From Flectonema sp. DT1601 (taxonomy: Eukaryota), in contig OZ025790.1 in the NCBI GenBank assembly GCA_964019425.1, positions 620,001 to 684,000 on the forward strand: DNA of 64,000 nucleotides, written 5' to 3'. Under the pieces are notes generated by a model. The model saw only the letters and a list, made by a program, of their open reading frames with translations, was not told the DNA's origin and searched no databases. Shown here piece after piece: positions 37,353 through 49,300 of the stretch. How positions within the stretch are numbered: position 1 is the stretch's first letter; each line of letters begins with the position of its first letter. The translations under genes and the position numbers were made by a program.

Positions 37353-37435
37353 TGGCGAGCATTCTCTCGTATTGCATCCCGGCCAGGCTCGGTAGTTAGG
37401 TATGTATCGGGCCAGGTTGTTGGAGTGGCGAGCAT
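37353..37435. repeat. 63-bp copy of retrotransposon ORF2 sequence inserted in the cathepsin copy 2 signal peptide with a 10-bp duplication
   Basis: 37363-37425 matches 35985-36047 (61/63); flanked by TGGCGAGCAT at 37353-37362 and 37426-37435. Confidence 0.9.
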
Positions 37436-38014
37436 GCAGGCAGTCTTCATTTTTGAAAATGTGTGTGTTAAAGTAGAAATAACTGAATCAGGGAGAGAGA
37501 GAGAGAGAGGAAAGAAATAATAAATATTAATAAAATAAAATAAAACAAAATACAACATTATATCGATCCAGGAGGGACAAGTCAAGCGGAAGCTCCAGTG
37601 AAAGTCTGTAAACTCGCTCTCTAAAACTCGACAACCCCAATGTCGGTGGCAGTCTTCATTTTTTAAAACATCCTGAGAAATAACTGAAATAACAAGTAAA
37701 GGAAACAATAAATATCATATTAACACGTTAAGTCCCCTCTTCTTCTGAGATTCAAAACAACAATAAGTTAGTAGTGAAATAGTTAATATCGAGACGGAGT
37801 AGAAATCTAAAGACGGAGTGGAACAGAAGATTGAAAACAAGTTTCAGTAGTTGAATACAACATTTATTAATACAAATCAAACCATCGGATGGAATGCTGC
37901 AATCAGTAAACAGTCACAGTCACTCCCCTCGGGGATCAAGCAAACAGTCGAATCAATTCACACTTAGACTTTATCTATTAAATGCTTAAGATAAGTCATT
38001 TCCCGCATGTGAAT

Positions 38015-40339
38015 TCACAAGAGCTCCCGATAAGCCTTCTCGAGTGCTTCCTCAGCTCTTGATTTTGCAGCCTTTCGAGTAGTAGACAAGAATTGAGGAC
38101 TACTATTACTGTCAGTAGTGTCTTTGATGATGACATCAGTCTGAGTTCCAATACTTTTATTAAAAATACTTCTTCTGGTTGAGAACACTCTCAGGGAAGA
38201 GTAATACCTTGAGACTAGAAATGATTTAGAGTTCTTTTGAAGAAGAAAAGCGACTAAGAACCTGTTTATATACTTCACACAGTCACTTGTCTGAGAGGAT
38301 GAATTCCGGAGGGAAGCGTTTCGCTCCTTTGCTCGTTTGAGTGCTCGAGCGTACTTGTCTCTCAGTTTGGATTCTTTCTCTTTTTCTTTAGCCCTTTGCT
38401 GATTAGAAACTTCACCTAGAATATCAACGGAGAGATTATCAACAACAAGAGTAGGTGTTGGTGTTGGTTCTATTCTCTCAGGTAATTCAGAGCTCACACT
38501 GGGAGGTGCTGTCTTAGTTTTATTAACGAGGATAACATTTTGTTTTAAAAGACTTTCAATTTCCAACTGTTGGCTGTCTACTTTCGACGTCAATTCAGAA
38601 GAAAATGATATGAATTTATTTAATTCCTTTCCTCGATCTTCAGCTATCAGAGATTGTTTAGTCAAACACTCCTCGAGAGACTCAAGTTGTAATAATAAAG
38701 AGTTCTCTGTTGCTGACGAATGTTGAGTTGCTGATGAAAATTCAGCTGTTTTTTGTTCTAATTCAGAACGTACCTGTATCAATTCAAAGTTAGAGGACGT
38801 TTCAAGTTCTCGAAGATCATTTATGATCTGCGTGAGAGTCGCTACTTCATTTTTTGCATCTGTCAGTTCTGTTTTCAATTCTTCAATCTCTACTTCAGTT
38901 ATAGATTTATGTTCATGAGCGGCTGTTTCAGTTAAGTTGTATTGACCTCGTAGCTCAACACTCTCTTTTTCAGCTCTTTTTTGAGCTATTTTCGCTTTTT
39001 CTAATTCTTCCGTAAGCTCATCAAAGTCTCTCTTCAAGTCTTTGAATCTTTGTTTTTCAGTTTCGACTAATCGTTCATTAACAGATGATGATATTTTAAA
39101 CTTCTGAAGTACATGTTGAAGGTCAGCTAGCTCTTCAGGATGTTTACAAAGTGATTTCGTTATACGAATAGAATCACCTTTACCACAAAGTTTTATACAG
39201 ATTCGTAATTTTGAAGAATCGCCTGCGAGGAGGCAGTCAATAGGACTTCCAACACTCTCGTTTTCAATATAAAATTGTACTGTCGGAGAGGAATTCTTGA
39301 GGGATAACTTAATAGTAGAAGTACTTCCTGTGGTAAGTCTCGATTGATTCTTTTTTATTATATTGCCCGCTAATAGGAGGCTGCCATCAGAACGAAGTAG
39401 GATTGCTTTCTCAGTGTCGAGGTCAGAACAGATCCCGACTGCTATTCTACCCGAAGTATTTGCTTGAATATGAACAGAGAGTACTAGCTCAGCATCATTC
39501 ATAGCAACGCTACTGCTGAAGATGTATTTGGGAGAGTTGTCAGAAGTCTTTTCAGCTAAGCGACAGTCAGGTGATATCCGAATACCTGACAAGTCACTCA
39601 ACGTATCCGATAATAGTACTTCAGAACTGTTAGTGAATATTGTTGGGTCTACTTTTGGTTTATGCCACCGAGAAGGACACCACAAATCACAAACATTCAC
39701 ACCCGAACATCCTGGACACACTACATCAATAGATGCCTGAACGATTTCTTGAGGAAGACGTGACTCAAGCTCGTGTAGTCTTCTTGAAATGGTGTCGTGA
39801 CTGTGTTTTATTTCTGATTTCTCATGTTGAAGTTGCTCTACTTCACACGCTAATTGTATGGCGTAGGTTTCGAATTCATTTACTGCATTTATGTTTTTTG
39901 TTGAAAATGTTAAATTATTTGCTTCGTGTCCATCGAAGTATGAAGAGCGGGGTGACGACATCGGTGAGAACTGCGTAACCTCTTCTTGGTGTTGGTGTTG
40001 TTGCTGTTGCTGCTGCTGTGATAAACACAAAGGTCTACTAGAAGAGAAGTCATTGTCAATATTGGCATTTGAATTCATCAATTCAGGTAAGATATTATGT
40101 TCAATTCCTGACCCTGCTAACATTTCTGAAAATTGAAGCAACACGTGTCCTCTTTCTGGTTCGTTAGGAAGGGTGACCACACGTTCTACTTCAGGAATCT
40201 TAACTATACCAAAACCTTCGTATACTAACTTTCGAATTGGACCTCTTTTCTTTGAGCCTCCAACAGAGTAGAAGCAGTGATTACCTTCAACCCAAAACTC
40301 TACAGTTTTACCAACTGATGGAGATGTAAATAAAACCAT
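38015..40339 (-). CDS. Hypothetical protein with SPRY-like beta domain and coiled coil
   Basis: GRIAVGIC, LTTGSTSTIKLSL and TVQFYIENESVG resemble SPRY/B30.2 strands; long E/L/K heptad region. Confidence 0.65.
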   Translation of the reverse strand: MVLFTSPSVGKTVEFWVEGNHCFYSVGGSKKRGPIRKLVYEGFGIVKIPEVERVVTLPNEPERGHVLLQFSEMLAGSGIEHNILPELMNSNANIDNDFSSSRPLCLSQQQQQQQHQHQEEVTQFSPMSSPRSSYFDGHEANNLTFSTKNINAVNEFETYAIQLACEVEQLQHEKSEIKHSHDTISRRLHELESRLPQEIVQASIDVVCPGCSGVNVCDLWCPSRWHKPKVDPTIFTNSSEVLLSDTLSDLSGIRISPDCRLAEKTSDNSPKYIFSSSVAMNDAELVLSVHIQANTSGRIAVGICSDLDTEKAILLRSDGSLLLAGNIIKKNQSRLTTGSTSTIKLSLKNSSPTVQFYIENESVGSPIDCLLAGDSSKLRICIKLCGKGDSIRITKSLCKHPEELADLQHVLQKFKISSSVNERLVETEKQRFKDLKRDFDELTEELEKAKIAQKRAEKESVELRGQYNLTETAAHEHKSITEVEIEELKTELTDAKNEVATLTQIINDLRELETSSNFELIQVRSELEQKTAEFSSATQHSSATENSLLLQLESLEECLTKQSLIAEDRGKELNKFISFSSELTSKVDSQQLEIESLLKQNVILVNKTKTAPPSVSSELPERIEPTPTPTLVVDNLSVDILGEVSNQQRAKEKEKESKLRDKYARALKRAKERNASLRNSSSQTSDCVKYINRFLVAFLLQKNSKSFLVSRYYSSLRVFSTRRSIFNKSIGTQTDVIIKDTTDSNSSPQFLSTTRKAAKSRAEEALEKAYRELL

Positions 40340-40790
40340 CTTTTTTATTATTCTGTTTCAGAGAGTTGTTTGTACATTCAGAAAACGTTAACAATTTAAT
40401 TGTTAAGAAAAACCAACCCAACTGTTTGTAGGAAACTGTTGTTGTGATGGAAGGAAATCAAACAAAGCTAAAAAAAAAAAAAAAAAAAAAAAAAACGAAA
40501 TTGATCGAAACAAAATAATTCACAGCAAACCACCTTGTGAGTATTTGTGTTAGAAACATAGAACAGACGTATTTAAGAGAAAGCAACAGATGATGATAGA
40601 ATCACCCTGTCGACGGTTCAAAAGTATGCTTGCTATTTAACGAAGCAAAAAAAAAAAAAAAAAAAAAATTGAAATGATCGAAACAAAAACAGTTACATTA
40701 CAGCAAACTGAGGTTTTTTATAAAACTCATCCCCTTCTATGATACAAAGGGATATAAAATGGGCACAAAAAAGAGAGGACAGAATCACCT

Positions 40791-42458
40791 CTAACTTGAA
40801 ACAAAGCAGTCATCTTCACAACTTCCCAGATTCGGATATTCACCAGCGCTGTTGGGGACGCAGTACTTCGCACTTGGATCGGACGCATTTTTAATATTTT
40901 TAACACAAGTCCAGTTGTTATTTGCACACAGAGATAAACAATCTAACTGTGAGTCGTAGATTGCCTTCGCATTAATTGTAGTAGTCGACTGTTCACAAGT
41001 ACCGTCATTCATGCATTCCCATTTCGGTGATGTTGGTGTCGGTGACGTCCAGTAGACACAATCACCTTCTCCATCTATACCTAAGACGTTATTAAGTGGA
41101 TTTGCTTCAATATCAGCACATATACTTCTCGTATCGTATGTTTGGAAGTGTAATTGTAAATATAAAGGGACACTTAGTATTAATTCTTCCCAATTGATAA
41201 GTCCAGGGTTTGGTTTCCAATGTTTTTTAAAGTTAGCAACATCATCCTCAGTAATCTTATTATTGGCTAAACCATTAACGACAGGATCAATAATCATTTT
41301 AGTATTTAATTCGTTAGCCCAGATTATTGGTCGACCTGCTGATTTCATTTTCACTTGAGTTTCACCTCCGAGAATTGTTCCCCAAACTCCGATTGATTTT
41401 TCTGGAGCGTATGTCGAAGTGATGTTGCTGAACTTTAACATTAAATACGACAAGTCTTCAGGAAGTAACACATTTCCAATTGCCATTACCTCGTAGTAAG
41501 GGTTAGTCATCAACATCCCTGTTTGTGTTGTTGTTGTTGTTGTTTAACTCAACCCAAAAAAAAAAAAAAGAAAATATAACAAACCTGTCGTTGGAACAGC
41601 AGTCCCAGGAACCCACCATCTATTAAACAAGTCTGCGATACTGTAATCACAACATTTAATTATTGAAGGAACCCTCCATGCCTGAGGATACGGTAAATTA
41701 AATAACTCTTCATGAGGCTTTACGAGGTGATACCAGTTATCAATTGTACCAAAACCTGGATAAGACATATTCAATTCATGGTACATGGTTTCGGTATTAC
41801 CAGCATCCCACGCCTCGAAAAAAATTCTGTCTTTTAAAGCTTTTTGATTGAGAACGTACGTTACCCCACCGTAGATGAAATTTCCCAAACTGGTTTTTCT
41901 AAGATTGTTAGCGTTGTATAAGAGGCATTCGTTAGCATCGGAAAGAGTCCAGTTTGGTGAGTAAGCAGTTGTCGGCATACCAACCCTTTTAATAAAGAAG
42001 TTGTAGGCGTATGAATCCGCCAGTTGAATCTTTTCAGGACCACCAGTAACCAATCTATGACAAGGGTTTTGTATGTATCCATTATTCAGTGTAATGTTAA
42101 GAATTGTATCATCAGATATTATTTTTTGAGCATTAACTTCTTCTTCATCAAGTGGAGCGTTGTGTATGATTGAAAGTCTTCTAAATTCCCAATCAAACCT
42201 GTTAAACAATTCCTCGTTACTAATATTTTTTAATGAATTCGGAAGTCTACCTCTCAAGGTTGTATTTCCCATGTATTGTATGACCCATTCCTTTGCTGCA
42301 TTAGACTGCTCTACTGCCTTACTCGCAATCTTTGATAAAACTTCTTTTTGTGTTGGTGTTTGTCGCGGAGGTCGAAAATTTGTTTCAAGGGCATTTGCAG
42401 GTACAGAGATTGCGACACTGCATGTCACCATCGCTAACATTATGATCATTGTTTTCAT
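40791..42458 (-). CDS. Hypothetical secreted protein with Cys-rich C-terminus; 2 exons
   Basis: Signal peptide MKTMIIMLAMVTCSVA; intron 41519-41584 joins ORFs 41544-42458 and 40791-41516 in frame. Confidence 0.7.
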
Positions 42459-43741
42459 TTGGTTACCAAGTTCTTATCAAAGAATGAAAAATTATTAAAA
42501 AAAAAAAAAATTATCACACTACTTACTTTGTACTAAAAAAATAATTTTTATAAAGTCTGTTGAAGTAATCTATAAAATAATGAATACAAAATCACCAACA
42601 AACTAACGATCCAAATAGACAGACTGACAGATGCAGTAAAGGGTAAATATTAAATTAGAAGACCATCACACAGTTAGAGTGTGAGAGCTAATCATTCATT
42701 TGATTATAAAAGGAAATCAAGTTCGGTATCAGTTCTGACCTTATTATTGGATGCTCTCCGTCGATAATATTTTATTAATTAAAATACCAACAGAACGAGT
42801 TCGTGCCTTCAGAGGATAATAATAAATAATAAAATGAGAATATTGAAGAGAGACCCCCCAATCACTGAGATTTGGGTTTTTTTGGATTAATTCCAGCTGT
42901 CCACCTTAATCAGGTATTTGAATAAACAGGTTGAAAACAAAATAAGAAACGATGTGAAGAGTTCGAATACATCAAATCAAGAGTTTGCTAAAGGGTAGTT
43001 AGTATTAATAATTATCAGTCAATCATGTTAGTTAGTTAGTTAGGGTAATGTTAGTAAACTCCGCAGATGACGAAAACAAAACAAGAAATAATGTGAAGGG
43101 GGGGGGTTGTATGTTCGATTTTGTAAAAATTACAACTGTGTTGTATCATAAAATCATAAAGATAATTTAACATTAGTTTTAAATACAGTGACTAAGGGTG
43201 ATGCGCAACTTAGCCTATTAAAGTAACTATAGGTTTCGAGAGTAATCCATATACCTCTTACCTCTATTCTCTCTCATCAGTATGGTGTAGAAGTAAGTCA
43301 GTCAAATGTTGAGACTGAGTCATTCCAGTTTGCAGGACTAGAATGTAGTTACTTTAAGTTTCATGTTCATAATAAAAAAAACGAAGGGGGGAGGAGGAGA
43401 GAATTAGGGGGTATTAATTAAAATAACATTTTTTCTTCTTCATTAAATAATCACATGTGTCACACCACACGAAAAAAAAAAAAAAAAAAAAAAAAACAAA
43501 TAATAAAACTTAAAACAAGACTGCGCCGCCAAGCTTCAACATCGCAAGGGGCTTTAGAAAAAATGAAACCTTCACCGTACCAAGAGAGACAGGACTAGAA
43601 ACCTTTCTAATGGCTCTTCCTCATCTCAACACACACACACACTGGCCAAACTGTAAAGCCGACCTAAAAAGAAAACACTACACGATCTGTAAAGCTCGTG
43701 TGGAGGGAAGAAAAAAAAAAAAAGAGAGAGAGAAAAATAAG

Positions 43742-46700
43742 TTAATTATCACGACTGCTATCCACACAAGCCCAGGTGTATAATAAACAAACATACGGAT
43801 AATCGATATCTTGTGGTGAGATATTCACTACATTCCATGAAGGTGTTGATGAACTATTTTCAGATACCTGTTGTAACTCCAGAGCAACACAATCAAGTAA
43901 ACGATGACCAGACTCAAGTTGAATGAGTGAAGACAAATACGATGATTTTGGAATAAATATTAAATATGAAATTGTATTATCGTCATGTTCATTATTAGTT
44001 TCATAAGAAGCTGCGATGTTAGAAAGTAATTCATTTTTAGGTTTCTTTGAACTTCGAGTCGGATGAAATACCAACGGCTGAGTACTCGCGCAATTCAAAG
44101 AGTTGAAGTGAATTATTGCCAACGAGAACAATTCACTTATTGACATCTCTCTATCGACTGGCCAAGCAACGTGTTGCAGTCCTCTGAAATATAAAAACAC
44201 GACGAGTCCAACAGCAGACATGAAGAGAGGAAATGTTATCACAACGGACCATTTACTCTCAGTTAACGGTTTCAATCCTCCCCATAAAATAATCATAATC
44301 AAAATTATGAATAGCATTGCGATTGAGAAAGACGCTCCAGCACACCAAAGATATTCTATCCGGGAATAGATATTTTTATAAATTTTAAATTGTTGTAATG
44401 AGGTGTGACTCAACCTGATTTTACTATTTTTATAAAAAGTATCATCGCCATCCAATCCCTCGTGACGAGGATTAACAATCGAGTCTCTTCTTGACTTTTG
44501 AAGTAATAAGAGAGTTTCATAATTATTATTATATCTCTGTAGAGCTTCTTGACAAGTGTTGTCGGTTGATAATTTAATATTAACGTGACCAACACTGTGT
44601 TGAATCATTCTTAAAAATGAAATAATTTGTTTTCGAGGAACACTTTCCCATCCTCCACCAACAGATTGAATCATCCGAGCAGCCATCAAAGGAATAATTG
44701 TAAAGACAAAGTCTGAAACATTTCTATGACCCATCACACCGAATAGCATTGTGAAGTTTGGTTCAACTTCATACGGATGGATTGCTGCTATTCTTTTTGG
44801 TTTAGAATTGCGTACGCGTGACAATGCACATCTTCCAAACTGGAATAGTATTTTCAACAACAGTTTCATTGGTACGTACAGGATACCACAAAAACCATGA
44901 AAAACACCTTTTAAACGACTCATTGAAGGCGAGTCATTAACATTGTGTGAATGGAGTATTGTATTCATGTCTGAAGGAGGAGTGTTTTCAAGAGTAAATT
45001 TAAGAACGCTAATCGGTAATTTAGAAAAGAAATGGTTTCCATAATACGGCAGACTAAACAAGTGCTGACCATTCGTCGTTGCTATTAATTTTCCAATCCA
45101 AGAATCAGTCAACAACTTCCTTTTATGAATCGTTAAAGTCGATTGAATGGAAATAAAATCAGCGTCAGTATCGACTTCTTTCTGAGAGGTGTCGTCAATT
45201 TGTTGAATCAGGTGATCAACAGAAGACTTTGTTAATTCTGAGTCTTCCTTTTTAGAATAATTAGCAAGAATAGATCGTAACTTAACCACGTCAACTTCCT
45301 GCTCAGGTTCCTTATCTTTGTGCGCTCCATATGAAAACCATGATATTTGATATCCTGGACACCCTTCTCTACAACTTTCAATAAATAGTTTATACGACGT
45401 GTCCGTAACTTGAAATCCCGATTTCAGATAATAACTTGCTAAGGTTGTTGCTGTTGGTAACACGAAGAAGAAAAAAGCAATTAATTCTCTCACCTGAGTT
45501 CTCTGAAAAACATATTTTGGTGAACCGTCAGAGTACAGAAGTTGAGATTCGCATTCACTAATTCCGATAAAAACATTATTCGAATCGTAGCAAGCCTCAT
45601 TCGGATCAATGTACCAAATCGCAATAAGTGATAATGGAATTGCTTCTGCTACAAGTGATACGACTTTTGGTATGAAAGTTTTCATCATTGAGAACTTAGT
45701 CGTGTGACTGTCAAGTTGTTTTGCTAAGTGAGGTTCATCCATTGCTCTCTCACTTCTGTGAAGCCATGTCTCACTTGCTATGAGGTGGAGTAGTATTGTG
45801 TCAGTCATGAATTCTCCTCCAAAGGGAAGACCATTTATAAAACACAATAACCAAAACAGTCTCGAGTCACCCCTTCCAACAAACACCATAAGTCCATTCG
45901 TTAAAGCTGATGACAAGTTGAAGAGGAGCCAGTTTTTGTATAAATTACCGTTTCCGTATTCGTCTGTTTCAGAGTCGATCTTCTTTTGCCAAAAGACATT
46001 TCCAACCATCGCTCCAACGATTACAAAGAACACTCCTCCCTTTACAATTGAATCAGCAGAACACTCAAAAGAATATTTATCCTGACCTGTTTCAAATCCT
46101 CCTTCGGTTACGTACTTTGCATTTGCGGGATCGCTGTATGCCAGGCATCCTGGTGCGAGATTTGGTTCAACGTTATGTCTCACGAACCACATTAAGAGAT
46201 TCTTAACTAAAGTGATAGTCAGTTGATCACAAACCCAAGCACCAATAAGTTGTCTAAAGAATGGATTATTATAAGAAGATGTCATCATTGCACTGAATCC
46301 TTTTAAAAATGGTTCTAATCTTTCAGTTTCTGATATTTCACAAACAGAGTCTTCGAAAGACTTTATTAGTGACCAAAATCTACAATTGATAGCGAAATGA
46401 ATAAGTCCAAAAAATATCGCACAATAAAAATTAGTTTTTGGAGTCAACCCCTTAAAGACTCCTTCACTTGAACCGAATTCATAACCTTGACTGGTCATAA
46501 ACTTACCTGCTGCGAATGTAGTAAATCCCATTAAAAGTATTCCACCAACTTTAGCCATAGAGCCGAGTCTCATTCCGTTATTGTGGTGTTTTGTTGAGAG
46601 GATTCGTTGTGATTTCAACATCGTTCCAAGTGTTGTTGTTGGTGTTCCAGTCATCGTGTCACCAACGAAGAAAAAAACATAACAAACTGCGTATTGAAGA

Positions 46701-47188
46701 AGTACGCGACTACTTCCTCCAGAAGGATCATTCGGTTTAAAATAATAAAACATCGCAGCGAACGAGAGAGCTTGAATCGCACTTCCAACTACAGCGATGG
46801 TCGCTATTTTATACATCGTACAAGTTCTTAAATAGTATGCCATCATTGGATCTGTTATAACGTCGATACATTTACTGAGAGTAATAACTAAAGCGACTTG
46901 TCCTGGTAAGAGGTTTCTAGCTGTGTACCATTGTGTTGCAATGACTGCAAGCCATAAAGGCATACCGAATACTCCAAATAATTGAGTTAGAGACCAAACG
47001 TTAACGATTTGTTTCATCTTCTTGTCGATATCCTCATCAGTCATTGGTTCGTCATTCTTTTTATTCCCTCGATAGAATGTATTTAGTTTTTCAATATCAT
47101 AAATGCGTTCTGTGTGTGCTACACCACTACTACCTCCACCACCTTCAGATACTCGAGACAGCTCTGTTTCACGACCAGGAGATGTCAT
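43742..47188 (-). CDS. MFS (glycoside/melibiose, MFS_2-like) transporter with long C-terminal extension
   Basis: SKCIDVITDPMMAY and NNPFFRQLIGAW motifs, about 12 TM segments, plus two further TM helices late in the protein. Confidence 0.75.
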   Translation of the reverse strand: MTSPGRETELSRVSEGGGGSSGVAHTERIYDIEKLNTFYRGNKKNDEPMTDEDIDKKMKQIVNVWSLTQLFGVFGMPLWLAVIATQWYTARNLLPGQVALVITLSKCIDVITDPMMAYYLRTCTMYKIATIAVVGSAIQALSFAAMFYYFKPNDPSGGSSRVLLQYAVCYVFFFVGDTMTGTPTTTLGTMLKSQRILSTKHHNNGMRLGSMAKVGGILLMGFTTFAAGKFMTSQGYEFGSSEGVFKGLTPKTNFYCAIFFGLIHFAINCRFWSLIKSFEDSVCEISETERLEPFLKGFSAMMTSSYNNPFFRQLIGAWVCDQLTITLVKNLLMWFVRHNVEPNLAPGCLAYSDPANAKYVTEGGFETGQDKYSFECSADSIVKGGVFFVIVGAMVGNVFWQKKIDSETDEYGNGNLYKNWLLFNLSSALTNGLMVFVGRGDSRLFWLLCFINGLPFGGEFMTDTILLHLIASETWLHRSERAMDEPHLAKQLDSHTTKFSMMKTFIPKVVSLVAEAIPLSLIAIWYIDPNEACYDSNNVFIGISECESQLLYSDGSPKYVFQRTQVRELIAFFFFVLPTATTLASYYLKSGFQVTDTSYKLFIESCREGCPGYQISWFSYGAHKDKEPEQEVDVVKLRSILANYSKKEDSELTKSSVDHLIQQIDDTSQKEVDTDADFISIQSTLTIHKRKLLTDSWIGKLIATTNGQHLFSLPYYGNHFFSKLPISVLKFTLENTPPSDMNTILHSHNVNDSPSMSRLKGVFHGFCGILYVPMKLLLKILFQFGRCALSRVRNSKPKRIAAIHPYEVEPNFTMLFGVMGHRNVSDFVFTIIPLMAARMIQSVGGGWESVPRKQIISFLRMIQHSVGHVNIKLSTDNTCQEALQRYNNNYETLLLLQKSRRDSIVNPRHEGLDGDDTFYKNSKIRLSHTSLQQFKIYKNIYSRIEYLWCAGASFSIAMLFIILIMIILWGGLKPLTESKWSVVITFPLFMSAVGLVVFLYFRGLQHVAWPVDREMSISELFSLAIIHFNSLNCASTQPLVFHPTRSSKKPKNELLSNIAASYETNNEHDDNTISYLIFIPKSSYLSSLIQLESGHRLLDCVALELQQVSENSSSTPSWNVVNISPQDIDYPYVCLLYTWACVDSSRDN

Positions 47189-47819
47189 GTCACCCGACTG
47201 TTTAATGAAAATATATAAATAAACATGACTTTCTGCTTTACAGTCAACTCATAAAAGTAATTTTCTCAAAAATATTTGTTGCTGGATGATTAAATAGCAT
47301 CAAGTAACTAATATTTTGAGAAAGGGAAAAAAAAAAAAAAAAAAATAAATAAATAAAAATTCTATAAAAAAAAAAAAAGATTGTCGGTAGTGTTTCTGAA
47401 TCATACTCTCATAAAAGGACGATTCAAAAAAAAAGAAAAAAAAGAAAACTTTTTTCCCTTTCAAATTTTCTTTCAGTATGTCTGTTGTTGAATATGTTTC
47501 TTCTTCTCTTTTTTTACTATTTTTTTTTCTTTCTTCTTTTTTTTTTCCAACAACTAAAAAATAAGTAAAGGGGAAAAAGAAAAAAGAAAATAAAATAAAT
47601 GGCAATCAAATCTAAGGAAAGGGGAGGAGGATTTCGGGGAATAGAGCGCACCCAGAAATATAGAAATTACAAAGTAGGTAACTATGAACGTTTTAAAGTC
47701 TCGACTTAGTTGAAGCTTAAAAGCCAATTACTAAAGACTTAGCGGAGGGTGGCAGTGTTTGTAAGTTGATTTTTTTGTTCTTTTTTTTTTTCTCCTCTTT
47801 TTCCCCCTTTATTCTAAGC

Positions 47820-49267
47820 TTAAACAGCCATCTGCATCTTGATAGTTGGAAAAGGAGCGTAGTCAAGAACAGCAAAATCTTCCATACAATAGTCTTCAAC
47901 CTTGTCATGGTGATTAATAATCTTAACTACTGGGAATGGACGTGGATTTCTCTCAAGCTGAGTTTGAAGTGGTTCCACGTGATTTGAGTACACATGAGCA
48001 TCACCTAAAGTATGAATAAAATCACCCGGCTTAAGACCACATATATCAGCCAATATAATTGTTAATAACGAGTACGAAGCGATATTAAAAGGTACTCCAA
48101 GACCCATGTCACATGATCGCTGGTACATTTGACATGAAAGCTCTCCATTTGCAACATAAAATTGAGATAAGATGTGACAAGGAGGTAAAGCCATCTCTGG
48201 CATAGCTGTTGGGTTCCAAGCAGACATGATGATTCTTCTATCGTTTGGATTGTTTTTAATCTTGTCGATTACTTCAGCTAGTTGATCAATACCCTTACCA
48301 GAGTAGTCATCGTGACAGGTTCCATATTCGGCCCCAAAATGTCTCCATTGAAATCCGTAGATGGGTCCGAGGTCTCCTACTTCTCTGTTGTGAAGACCTC
48401 TGCCGTCGAGGAATTCACGAGTTCCGTTGTCATCCCAGATACCTACTCCCTTGGCTTTGAGAGTTTTACCGTTAGTTTCTCCTTTTATAAACCAAAATAA
48501 TTCCTCAGCAACACCAGTCCAGAAAACCCTTTTTGTTGTCAATAACGGAAATCTACCATCGCGGAGTGAAAATCTCATCTGAGCACCAAAACGAGAGATG
48601 GTACCGACACCAGTTCTGTCACCTTTCTTGACACCATTCAAAATGATGTCTTCAACGAGATCGAGGTATTGTTGTTCTTCTTTGTTAGAACGGGAATACT
48701 TCTCAAATGAGTAAGTGAAGTCACCTTCTGTTTGGTCATCAGATTTTGATATTTGTTGGTATCCTTTTGGAGTTCCTTCGAAATCGATGCTCACATCACA
48801 TCCGTGATCACCTTTTACACGTGTGATAAAAACATGATGAAGGGGAAGTTTTTTATTTTCCAACGCATTCTTGTAGATCGACGCACCTCCGATAACAAAA
48901 ACACGATCAATAGAATCAAGGTAAGGTGACTCTGTTAATAATGATAAAGCCTTTTCTAAGTCACCATTCACAACTAAAACATCATCTCCAGCAACATCTT
49001 CCATCGTCGTTGATAAGACGACATTTAACCTTCCTGGGAGTGGTCTGAATTTTGACGGGATAGATTCCCAGGTCTTTCTTCCCATTATAACTGCGTTCTT
49101 CTTGTTTGCTTCTGCTGCTTTGGTGCTGCTGGACTTGGTCGTTATTTCTTTGAAATATTTCAGGTCCCCAGGTATTCTCCATGGAAGGTCACCGTCTTTT
49201 CCAATCCCTCCTTTTTCATCGGAGGCTACAATGATTGAGAATGGTCTCATCACGTTATGAAAACTCA

Positions 49268-49268
<1 letters not shown>
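47820..49268 (-). CDS. DHFR-TS: Bifunctional dihydrofolate reductase-thymidylate synthase
   Basis: DHFR motifs GIGKDGDLPW, VIMGRKTWESIP, RPLPGRLNVVLS and VFVIGG; TS motifs DRTGVGT, LPPCH and YQRSCDMGLGVPFNIASY. Confidence 0.98.

Positions 49269-49300
<32 letters not shown>

Larger units (their letters stand above)
32176..37450 (-). pseudogene. Cathepsin L copy 2, disrupted: only the prepro region (37074-37450), the target site (34813-34831) and the C-terminal tail (32176-32345) remain
   Basis: Near-identical to copy 1 over MKTACMLA...AGPAKM and [11 protein letters not shown]...RTRKL*; the catalytic domain is replaced by retrotransposon sequence. Confidence 0.9.
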
